Positions 18,180 to 26,275 of a DNA stretch of 64,000 nucleotides are shown here, in pieces. The position numbers and the translations under genes were made by a program. A model generated the notes under the pieces. That model worked only from the letters and a program-made list of their open reading frames with translations, did not search any database and was not told the origin of the DNA. Positions within the stretch are counted from its first letter, which is position 1. Each line of letters opens with the position of its first letter. Origin of the DNA: a bacterium (lineage in GTDB: Bacteria > Sysuimicrobiota > Sysuimicrobiia > Sysuimicrobiales > Segetimicrobiaceae); contig DASSJF010000010.1 in the NCBI GenBank assembly GCA_035691305.1, positions 250-64,249 on the forward strand, in the 5' to 3' direction.

Positions 18180-19136
18180 TCAACTGCCGCCGGCGGCCAC
18201 CCGTTCCTGGGCCGAAGACGGCGCCGCATGCGGCTCTTCCACTTCCCGGATCACGTGCGGATACGGCGTCCACTCCGCGACGAACTCGGCGCCGAAGAGG
18301 AAGCAGCAGGAGAGCGCGTACACCCAGATGATCAGCACCATGATCGCTTCGACCTGATGGTACAGGGTCGAATAGTCCGACATCGCCGTGAGGTACCAGC
18401 CGAGCCCGATCGCGATGATGTGCCAGAGGACCGCCCCGACGAGCGCGCCGAGCCACGCGTCGCGCCACCGGACGCGCACGTTCGGCAGCATGCGGTAGCC
18501 GACCCAGAACACGACGAACTGGGCCACCGCGGTGGTGATCGACAGTCCGCTCAGGGGCCCGCTGCGCGGCAGGCGCGGATGGCCCAGCAGGGCGCCGATC
18601 TCGCTGACCCGCAGGAAGCGCATCGTATTGAAGATGAGCAGCAGCATCCCGAGAAACACGAGCAGCGACGTCGCCATCATCACGATGCCGAGCAGGAATT
18701 GGAAGTGAAAGCGCCGCCCGGGCACTTCCCAGACTCGGTTGAGGGCCACCTGCACCGCGCTGAAGACGCCGGCCGCCGCCGCGATCAGCGCGATCCCCCC
18801 GAGCCATCCGAGCCGCGCGTGCTGCGTGTACGCGCTGCGAATCGTCTGCAGCAGGATGTCGGTGTCGGTGAGTCCCCCGAACAGCCGGCCCATCCCTTTG
18901 CTGACGTTTGCGTCGGGCACGTTGAAGATGAACTGAAGGGTTACGAGCAGCAGGATGGCCAGCGGCAGCATTGAGAAGATGGCGTAATAACTGATCGCCG
19001 CGGCTGGGAAAAAGTCCCCGTGCCGGACGAACCGCCGCGCCGCGCGCAGGCAGGTCCGGCCGGCGCGCGCAACGGCGCCGCCCGAGGGACGCTCGCCGTC
19101 TCTCAGCCCGGTGGGTATGCGGATCGCTCTGGCCAT
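18180..19136 (-). CDS. YihY/BrkB family membrane protein
   Basis: 318 aa. FFPAAAISYYAIFSMLPLAILLLV plus multiple further helices, typical of YihY. Confidence 0.75.
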   Translation of the reverse strand: MARAIRIPTGLRDGERPSGGAVARAGRTCLRAARRFVRHGDFFPAAAISYYAIFSMLPLAILLLVTLQFIFNVPDANVSKGMGRLFGGLTDTDILLQTIRSAYTQHARLGWLGGIALIAAAAGVFSAVQVALNRVWEVPGRRFHFQFLLGIVMMATSLLVFLGMLLLIFNTMRFLRVSEIGALLGHPRLPRSGPLSGLSITTAVAQFVVFWVGYRMLPNVRVRWRDAWLGALVGAVLWHIIAIGLGWYLTAMSDYSTLYHQVEAIMVLIIWVYALSCCFLFGAEFVAEWTPYPHVIREVEEPHAAPSSAQERVAAGGS

Positions 19137-19178
19137 ACGTGATCTTTTTCCCCGCCGAACCGTCCGGAGGTGCGTGTG

Positions 19179-20783
19179 ATGGCTAAGCGTTCACGGCCGG
19201 CCTCGTGGTTCCTCGTTCCGCTGGCCGTCCTCGTGCTGAGCCTCGGCGGCGGCGCTTCGGCGGCCGCCCCCGCCGCGCCGGCCGGTATCCTCATGTTTCA
19301 CTCCGATCCGGCGCGCACCGGCTGGGATCCGGGCGAGCGCGCGCTCACGCCGGAAGCCGTGCGGTCGCGGTCGCCGCGCCGGCTGTGGAGCGAACCGGTC
19401 GACGGCGATGTCTACGCGTCGCCGCTGGTCGTTCCCGGGGTGACGGTCCGCGGGCAGCCGCGCACGGTCGTCTACGTCGCGACCGAGCGCGACGCGGTCT
19501 ACGCCTTCGACGCCGAGAGCGGGACGCGGCTCTGGGGTCCCGTGTCGCTCGGCACGCCCGTGCCGCGGTCCAGCCTGCCCTGCGGCAACATCGACCCGGT
19601 GGGGATCACCGGCACGCCCGTCGTCGACCGCGCGTCGGGCACTTTGTTTGCCGTCGCGCAGACGACGCCCGACGGCGGCCGCACGCGCTCGTATCGGATC
19701 GCGGCGCTCGGCCTCGACACCGGCGCGGTGCGCCGGGGCTGGCCGGTTACGATCGACCCGCCGGCGTCGGGCGGCCTTAAGTTCGACGTCCGGCCGCAGC
19801 AGCAGCGCGGAGCGCTTTTGCTCCTGCACGGTGTCATCTATATACCCTTCGGCGGCTACTGGGGCGACTGCGGGGACTACCACGGTTGGGTGGTCGCGGT
19901 GCCGGTCGCTGCACCGGGCAGACAAGAATCCTACGCGACGCCAACCGGGCGCATGGGCGGCATCTGGGCGACGGGCGGCATCTCCGCGGACGCGGACGGC
20001 CGGCTGTACGCCGGCACCGGCAACAGCGATTCCGGAGGCCGGGTCGACTACGGCGAGGCCGTGGTGCGGCTCGAGACCTCGCCGTCGCTCCGCTTCTCGG
20101 GCTCCGCGCGCGACTTCTTCATACCGAGCAACTACGTGCCGCTCAACGGCACCGACACCGACCTCGGGTCGGCGACGCCGATGGTGCTGCCCGACCAGCC
20201 GGGCACCGCGACCCCGCACCTCGTGGTGGCCGCGGGCAAGCAGGGTGTGGTCTATCTCGTCAACCGGGACAACATGGGCGGGGTCGCGAAGGGCGACGGC
20301 GTGAGCGGCGAGGGCGTGTACAGCCGGTGCGTGTTTGGGGACTGCCGCGGCCCGGGCGGGCGCATCTTCTCGGCGGGCGCGTACTGGGACGGCGGAGCCG
20401 CGGGCCGGTTCATCTACCTGCCCGGAACGGGCGGCGGGTCGCAGCCTGAACCGTGTCGCGGCACCGGTGGAATCGTGGCGCTGCGGCTCGACGTGTCGGC
20501 GCAGTCCCACGCGTCGGTACTCGACGTCGCGTGGTGCAGCCCGGGGATGCGTGACGCCGGCGCCCCGGCGGTTACGGGATCGGGCGCCAACGGGATCGTG
20601 TGGGTGGTCGACACCGCCGCCGGCTCCCTGCATGCTCTCGACGCCCGCACCGGCGCGCCGCTGTACGCCTCGTCGAACGGAGACGGTCCCGGCCCGACGC
20701 ATCGGTTCATCACGCCGGCCGTCTATGGCGGCCGCGTCTACATCGGCGCGGCGCACGCGGTGGTGGCCTACGGGCTCAAATAA
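19179..20783 (+). CDS. Secreted PQQ-like beta-propeller repeat protein
   Basis: I chose the ATG at 19179, 8 nt after GGAGG. Signal peptide MAKRSRPASWFLVPLAVLVLSLGGGASAAAP. Repeated V..A...D.VYA.DA.tG...W motifs resemble PQQ/BamB-like propeller blades. Confidence 0.65.
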   Translation: MAKRSRPASWFLVPLAVLVLSLGGGASAAAPAAPAGILMFHSDPARTGWDPGERALTPEAVRSRSPRRLWSEPVDGDVYASPLVVPGVTVRGQPRTVVYVATERDAVYAFDAESGTRLWGPVSLGTPVPRSSLPCGNIDPVGITGTPVVDRASGTLFAVAQTTPDGGRTRSYRIAALGLDTGAVRRGWPVTIDPPASGGLKFDVRPQQQRGALLLLHGVIYIPFGGYWGDCGDYHGWVVAVPVAAPGRQESYATPTGRMGGIWATGGISADADGRLYAGTGNSDSGGRVDYGEAVVRLETSPSLRFSGSARDFFIPSNYVPLNGTDTDLGSATPMVLPDQPGTATPHLVVAAGKQGVVYLVNRDNMGGVAKGDGVSGEGVYSRCVFGDCRGPGGRIFSAGAYWDGGAAGRFIYLPGTGGGSQPEPCRGTGGIVALRLDVSAQSHASVLDVAWCSPGMRDAGAPAVTGSGANGIVWVVDTAAGSLHALDARTGAPLYASSNGDGPGPTHRFITPAVYGGRVYIGAAHAVVAYGLK

Positions 20784-20810
20784 GCGGCGGTTGAGACCGC
20801 GGCCGGGACG

Positions 20811-21620
20811 TTACGCGCCGGGTCGCCGCCCCCAAGCCGTCATGACCGTGAATCCTTGCGCGACGAACTCCTGTGAATCGACCAAGGCAAGATATCCATC
20901 GATGTCCGCGTCCGTTGCGCGGCCGGTGCCGACGATGTCCGTGCGGATTTGGTCCACGGAGAGCGCCTTCCACCGCGCGGGTGCGGTGCGGGCGTAGATC
21001 AAGGGGGCGCGCCCTTCGGTCCGGACACGCTCGAGGCCGAGCGCGCAGAAATACCCGTACAATTGCCGACCGCAGTACGCATGGCCTCGGGCGGTCAGGA
21101 CCGCGTCCTTTGCGCGTTCCACCCTGGCGAAAAGCTCCCGGCTGGCAGGGTTGGTTGGAGATAGGAGCGTCACGGACGCGCTGTCGGTATCCTCGCACAC
21201 CAGCCAGCCGCCCGGCTTGAGCGAGGACAGCATCCGCCGCAGCGCCGTCTCACGCTGCTGAATGTGCTCCAGCACCAGTCGCGACAGCACGAGGTCGAAT
21301 CTCATCTCCGGCAGCTCATCGGTGACGATGTCGTGCCGGCGGATGTCGAGATTGGGCATCGTCACGGCGTCGAGGAAGCGAGTGTCGAGGTCCGTGGCCG
21401 TCACATGCCCTGTCGAGCCGGCGCGCTGACACAGCCATGTCGTGACGGAGCCGCCGCCGGCGCCGACCTCCAAGCACCGCCAGCCTTCCGCGACCCCGAG
21501 CGCCTCGAGATGTCGAATCGTCCCCGGATCGAGGAGCTGCTCAAGGCCGTCCAGCCGCTGCCGCGCGTGAATCCATACATTGTCGAACGCGTATTGCCGG
21601 CGCGCGGCCTGCTCTCTCAT
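20811..21620 (-). CDS. Class I SAM-dependent methyltransferase
   Basis: The internal ATG at 21620 (MREQAARRQYAFDNVW...) overlaps the upstream stop as ATGA. Motif I is CLEVGAGGGS. RFDLVLSRLVLEHI and LKPGGWL are typical post-I motifs. 269 aa. Confidence 0.8.
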   Translation of the reverse strand: MREQAARRQYAFDNVWIHARQRLDGLEQLLDPGTIRHLEALGVAEGWRCLEVGAGGGSVTTWLCQRAGSTGHVTATDLDTRFLDAVTMPNLDIRRHDIVTDELPEMRFDLVLSRLVLEHIQQRETALRRMLSSLKPGGWLVCEDTDSASVTLLSPTNPASRELFARVERAKDAVLTARGHAYCGRQLYGYFCALGLERVRTEGRAPLIYARTAPARWKALSVDQIRTDIVGTGRATDADIDGYLALVDSQEFVAQGFTVMTAWGRRPGA

Positions 21621-22525
21621 GTCGCCGCCGGCACCGCCATGATCGCGGCGCGCTGGATGTCCTCGTAGCGGACTTTCGAGATGTCGAACTCCTCGATGTT
21701 GGCGGCGAGCTTCTTGAACGTTTGATCGAAGCCCGGCAGCGTCTTGCGCGCGCGCGTGAGCGGCGTCGTGCGCGCAAGGACGAAATTCTTGACGTAGGGG
21801 TGGCGCAGGCCCCGCTTCTTGAGGCGCTCGACGACGCCGGCGAGCGCCTCGTCGGCCCGCATGACCAGCGCCGCGCGCTCTTCGCGCTGCGGCAGCGTCT
21901 TCGGGAAGTTCCCCTTGAGAAACCCGTCGACGCGCCGCAGGATCGGCGCGAACGCACCGCCGGCGAACCGCTTGTTCTTCTCGTAGAGCAGCCCGAGCGT
22001 GATATAGTAGGCGGCCTCGAACTGGAATTCGTAGGCTTCCTCGCCCTTCGACGGCTCGTGCTCGACGAGCCCGCGGTACATCCGGATCACTTCGAGCGAC
22101 TTGTCCTTCAGATTGTGCGCCTTCTCCGTGTTCAGCGCGAGGATCTGGAAGGCTACGTCGGCCTCGGGCACGACGATCGCCGGGATCATCTCCGCCTTCA
22201 GCTTGCGCATGACTTCCCGCCGGTGGTTGCCGTTCGGCGTCCAGTACGTGCCCGGCTCCGGCGACATCACGACGATCGGATCCACGGCGCGGTCCAGCTT
22301 TTTGACGACGGCCTGAAGGCGCTTCACGTGCGTCGGCGAGAGGTCGCGCTGGTAGGGCGTTGCCTCCACCTTGTCGGTCGGCAGCAGGCAGAAGATCTGC
22401 CAATGCTCGCCGATCGGCTCGCGGTAGGCCGCCAGGACGCGGCCGCCGTCGCGCTCGATCTGCTCAGCCAGCGCCTGCACTTTGGCCGGCGCCGCCCCCT
22501 CGGGATGCGTTGTCCAGTCCGGCAT
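21617..22525 (-). CDS. ParB/sulfiredoxin-fold N-terminal domain protein
   Basis: 302 aa. DPIVVMSPEPGTYWTPNGNHRREVMRKL resembles the ParB N-terminal (ParBc/Srx) box. SD GGGAG lies 5 nt upstream. Unusually Lys-rich for this window (22 K). Confidence 0.6.
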   Translation of the reverse strand: MPDWTTHPEGAAPAKVQALAEQIERDGGRVLAAYREPIGEHWQIFCLLPTDKVEATPYQRDLSPTHVKRLQAVVKKLDRAVDPIVVMSPEPGTYWTPNGNHRREVMRKLKAEMIPAIVVPEADVAFQILALNTEKAHNLKDKSLEVIRMYRGLVEHEPSKGEEAYEFQFEAAYYITLGLLYEKNKRFAGGAFAPILRRVDGFLKGNFPKTLPQREERAALVMRADEALAGVVERLKKRGLRHPYVKNFVLARTTPLTRARKTLPGFDQTFKKLAANIEEFDISKVRYEDIQRAAIMAVPAAT

Positions 22526-22553
22526 CGGGTCTCCCTTCAGCGGCGTCCGGCGG

Positions 22554-23048
22554 TCACCGGAAGTTGGCCGCCAGCAGGCGCTCCACGATCACCACGTCCA
22601 GCCAGACGCCGTCGAGTTTGGCATGCTTCTCGTACCGTCCGACCTCCCGAAATCCCACCGATTTCAGGAGGCCCAGGCTCGCCGTGTTCTGCGGAAACAC
22701 GCGCGACACCAGCTTCCAGAACCCCGCGCGCTCCGCGTCGGCGATCAACGCCGCCATGACCACTCGCCCGGCCCCGCGCCCGCGCGCCTCGCGCGCGACG
22801 TACACCGAGAACTCCGCGATGCCGGCGTAGCAGTCGCGCGGCCGGTACGTCGAGGTCGAGGCGAACGCGAGCACCCGGCCGCCGTCCTCCGCGACGACGA
22901 TCGGGTGTCTGCCGTCGAACCAGGCCCGCACGTCCTCGGCGCTTCGCGGACGGGTCTCGAAGGTCGCGACCCTGTCCTCGATACCTTCATTATAAATACG
23001 CGCGATCGCCTCGGCGTCGGCCGGGGTCCCGGTGCGGGTCCGCAGCAT
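22554..23048 (-). CDS. GNAT N-acetyltransferase, phosphinothricin acetyltransferase (PAT/Bar/ArsN1) family
   Basis: 164 aa. IYNEGIEDRVATFETRPRS..E...WF and the pattern AGIAEFSVYV..EARGRGAGR.....I...E..GF.KL match my memory of PAT-type acetyltransferases. Confidence 0.7.
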   Translation of the reverse strand: MLRTRTGTPADAEAIARIYNEGIEDRVATFETRPRSAEDVRAWFDGRHPIVVAEDGGRVLAFASTSTYRPRDCYAGIAEFSVYVAREARGRGAGRVVMAALIADAERAGFWKLVSRVFPQNTASLGLLKSVGFREVGRYEKHAKLDGVWLDVVIVERLLAANFR

Positions 23049-23051
23049 GTT

Positions 23052-23819
23052 CTAAAAGTAGTTGGACGTAATGCCGCCGTCTACCACCATGACGGCGCCG
23101 TTCACCCAGGCCGCTTCGTCCGACGCCAGGTAGAGCGCCATGTTCACGATGTCCTCGGGTCGGCCGAACCGACCGGCCGGGATCCGGTCGAGCCGCTTCT
23201 TCTTCTCGGCCGGGTTGGTGAGCAGCCACGACATCAGCAGCGGTGTTTCGATCGGTCCGGGCGCGATCGCGTTGGTCCGCACGTGCTTCGGACCGAACTG
23301 CACGGCCAGCGATTTGGTCAGCGCGATTACGCCGCCCTTGCTGGCGGTGTAGGCGTCCTGGGGTACCGTGCAGCCGACCAGCGCGACGAACGACGCGACG
23401 TTGATGATCGAGCCGCCGCCGCTCCGCAGCATTTCCGGGATTCCATGCTTGCAGCAGAGGTAGATGCCCTTCAGGTTGACCGCCATGACGCGATCCCAGA
23501 CCTGTTCGGGTACGTCCACCACGGAGCCGTCGTCCGCCGGGAAGATGCCCGCGTTGTTGTAGAGGACGTCGAGCCGGCCGAAGGCCTCTCTCCCCCGGAG
23601 GACCAGCGTCTGGACGTCGCGCTCGCGCGAGACATCCGCCGCGACGAAGACGGCCTTGCCGCCGCCGCGCTCGACTTCGGCGGCCGCCTCTTTTCCCGCG
23701 TCCTGCGAGACATCGGCGAGGACGACGCGGGCGCCTTCGCGCGCGAAGACCTGCGCGGCCAGGCGACCCATGCCGCTCCCGGCGCCCGTGATCAGCGCGA
23801 CCTTGCCTTCCAGCCGCAT
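23052..23819 (-). CDS. SDR family oxidoreductase
   Basis: 255 aa. Cofactor motif ITGAGSGMG, NNAG, and catalytic YTASKGGV (YxxxK). Confidence 0.9.
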   Translation of the reverse strand: MRLEGKVALITGAGSGMGRLAAQVFAREGARVVLADVSQDAGKEAAAEVERGGGKAVFVAADVSRERDVQTLVLRGREAFGRLDVLYNNAGIFPADDGSVVDVPEQVWDRVMAVNLKGIYLCCKHGIPEMLRSGGGSIINVASFVALVGCTVPQDAYTASKGGVIALTKSLAVQFGPKHVRTNAIAPGPIETPLLMSWLLTNPAEKKKRLDRIPAGRFGRPEDIVNMALYLASDEAAWVNGAVMVVDGGITSNYF

Positions 23820-23835
23820 CAGATTCGCTCCCCCA

Positions 23836-25218
23836 TCAGGTGCGCTCGAAGTTGCGGGCGAGTTCCCAGGTGGTCACGGCGCGGTCGTAGGCATCCTGCT
23901 CCAGGTGCGCGGTGTGCAGGTAGTGGTCGATGACCCGGTGGCCGAACGCCTCGCGCGCGATCTCGCTGCGCTCGAGCGCGGCCGTCGCGTCGCGCAGCGT
24001 GCGCGGGATCCCGGGCAGGTCCGCCGCACGGTATGCGTCGCCCTCGAACATCGCCGGCGGCTCCAGACGGCGCTCGATGCCCCAGAGGCCGGCGGCGAGC
24101 GTCGCCGCGAACATCAGGTACGGATTGGCGTCGGCGCCGGGGATGCGGTTCTCGACGCGCAGGCCGTTCCCGTGGCCGACCACGCGGAAGCCGCACGTCC
24201 GGTTGTCGTGGCTCCAGACCGCCGCGACCGGCGCGAACGTCCCGGCGAGAAACCGCTTGTACGAGTTGATGTAGGGCGCGTAGAAGTACGCGAGCTCCCG
24301 CGCGCCGGCCAGCAGTCCGGCGAGAAAGTGGCGGAACAGCGCCGACATCCCGAGCGGCGCGGCGCCGTCTTCCCAAAAGAGATTGCGGACCCCGTCGGGG
24401 TCCCACAGACTGGCGTGCAGGTGGCAGGACGACCCGGCGAGGTCGGCCCGCCACTTGGCCATGAAGGTGACCGCGAGGTCGTTGAGCGCCGCGATCTCCT
24501 TCGTGCCGTGTTTGAAGATCGTGTGGCGGTCGGCCATCTCGACCGGCCGCGCGTAGCGGAGGTTCAGCTCGTGCTGCCCGGGGCCCCACTCGCCTTTGCT
24601 GAACTCGATCGGCACGCCCGCGGCGTCGAGGCCGTTGCGGATCTGGCGGACGAACCACTCTTCGTTCGTGCCCTGCTGGATGTGGTAGTCTTCGATGTAG
24701 CGGCCGTACGGCTCCAGATTGACGAACTGCTTGCGCTGCGCGCTCGCGTACGACTCGCGGAAGATGTAGAACTCGAGCTCGGACGCGACCATCGCGAGGT
24801 ACCCTTGGGCCCGCGCGCGTTCGACCTGGCGGCGCAGGATCTGCCGCGGCGACTCCTCCACGGGGTCCCCGGTCTCATGGGCGAGATCGCACAAGACGAG
24901 CGCGGTGCGCTCGAGCCACGGAATCCGCCGCAGCGTGCCGAAGTCGGGCCGCATGTGCAGGTCGTGGTATCCGCTCTCCCAGCTCGTCAAGCGGTAGCCG
25001 GGCAGCGGCTCCATCTCGACGTCCACGCCGAGCAGGTAGCTGCAGGCGTGGGCGCCGCTCTCCGCGACCTGGTCGAGGAAGAACCGGCCCGTCACGCGCT
25101 TGCCCATCAGGCGCCCCTGCATGTCGACCATCGCCGCGATCACCGTGTCGATCTCGCCGGAGGCGACGAGCGATCGCAGCTCGTCGAGCGTGAAAAGGCC
25201 GCGAACGGCGTCGGTCAT
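23836..25218 (-). CDS. Glutamine synthetase family protein (gamma-glutamyl-amine ligase-like, GlnA3/PuuA type)
   Basis: 460 aa. GS catalytic-domain patterns KGEWGPGQHELNL and FMAKW...GSSCHLHASLW. SD GAGGAGG is upstream. Confidence 0.8.
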   Translation of the reverse strand: MTDAVRGLFTLDELRSLVASGEIDTVIAAMVDMQGRLMGKRVTGRFFLDQVAESGAHACSYLLGVDVEMEPLPGYRLTSWESGYHDLHMRPDFGTLRRIPWLERTALVLCDLAHETGDPVEESPRQILRRQVERARAQGYLAMVASELEFYIFRESYASAQRKQFVNLEPYGRYIEDYHIQQGTNEEWFVRQIRNGLDAAGVPIEFSKGEWGPGQHELNLRYARPVEMADRHTIFKHGTKEIAALNDLAVTFMAKWRADLAGSSCHLHASLWDPDGVRNLFWEDGAAPLGMSALFRHFLAGLLAGARELAYFYAPYINSYKRFLAGTFAPVAAVWSHDNRTCGFRVVGHGNGLRVENRIPGADANPYLMFAATLAAGLWGIERRLEPPAMFEGDAYRAADLPGIPRTLRDATAALERSEIAREAFGHRVIDHYLHTAHLEQDAYDRAVTTWELARNFERT

Positions 25219-25321
25219 GGGAGCCTCCTCTTCAGCGCGGGGGGCACGAACCCTTTACGACGGGCACGTTTCACGGCCGCGTGAAGATGGAAGCGGCGGA
25301 CGCGCCTTGAACTAGGGGCGC

Positions 25322-26275
25322 GTGGAGACGGCGGCGTCCCTTCAGATCCTCGACGCGATCGGCAACACGCCGCTCGTCGAGCTGCGTCACGTCGTGTCCC
25401 CCGGGGCGGCGCGTGTCGTCGCGAAGGTCGAGTCGGCCAACCCGACCGGCAGCATGAAGGACCGGATGGCGCGCGCGGTCGTCGAGCGCGCCGCGGCCGA
25501 CGGACGCCTGTCCCGCGGCGGCACGGTGATCGAGTACACCGCCGGGACGACCGGGATCTCGATCGCCTTCGTCTGCGCGGCGCTCGGCTACAAGACGCAC
25601 TTCGTGTTCTCGGACGCGTTCAGCGACGAGAAGAGGTACACGATGCTCGCGTACGGCGCCGAGATCACCGACGTGCCGAGCGACCACGGCAGGATCAACG
25701 CGCAGTTGATCAAGACGATGATCGCGAGGGCCGCGGAGCTCAGCCGCCGGCCCGGCCATTGGTGGGCGGATCAGCTCAACAACGCCGACGGCGAGACGGG
25801 CTATCACGCGCTCGGCGACGAGTTGTGGATACAGACGGGCGGCCGTCTGGACGCGTTCGTGCACGCCGTCAGCACCGCGCATTCGATTCACGGCACGGCG
25901 CGGGCGCTTCGCCGGCACAACCGCGACGTGATGGTCGTCGCCGTCGAGCCCGCGGAATCGGCCGTGCTGTCCGGGAAACCGTCCGGGTCGCACAAGATCG
26001 AGGGCATCGGCATCGGGTTCATTCCGCCGCTCTGGAAGCCGACCGAGGTGGACGAGGTCCTGACCGTGAGCACGGACGACGCGGAGGCGATGGCGCGCCG
26101 TCTCGCGCGCGAGGAGGCGATCTTCGCCGGCCCGTCCACCGGGGCGAACGTCGCCGCGGCGCTGCGGGTCGCCGAGCGGCTCGGACCGGGGAGGACGGTC
26201 GCGACGATCATCGTGGACTCGGGCCTCCGGTACCTGAGCACGGCCGTCTTTCGCCCGGAGGCCCGCGCGCGGTGA
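25322..26275 (+). CDS. PLP-dependent cysteine synthase family (fold type II, CysK/CysM-like) enzyme
   Basis: 317 aa. IGNTPLVEL and the PLP-lysine motif KVESANPTGSMKDRMA. GTG start. Confidence 0.8.
   Translation: METAASLQILDAIGNTPLVELRHVVSPGAARVVAKVESANPTGSMKDRMARAVVERAAADGRLSRGGTVIEYTAGTTGISIAFVCAALGYKTHFVFSDAFSDEKRYTMLAYGAEITDVPSDHGRINAQLIKTMIARAAELSRRPGHWWADQLNNADGETGYHALGDELWIQTGGRLDAFVHAVSTAHSIHGTARALRRHNRDVMVVAVEPAESAVLSGKPSGSHKIEGIGIGFIPPLWKPTEVDEVLTVSTDDAEAMARRLAREEAIFAGPSTGANVAAALRVAERLGPGRTVATIIVDSGLRYLSTAVFRPEARAR

Noticed and set aside
22554-23048. Idea that the PAT-type acetyltransferase is an ArsN1 belonging to the arsR-arsM module
   Set aside because: It lies 11.7 kb away on the opposite strand, inside a tightly packed unrelated operon. 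There is no arsenic gene next to it.
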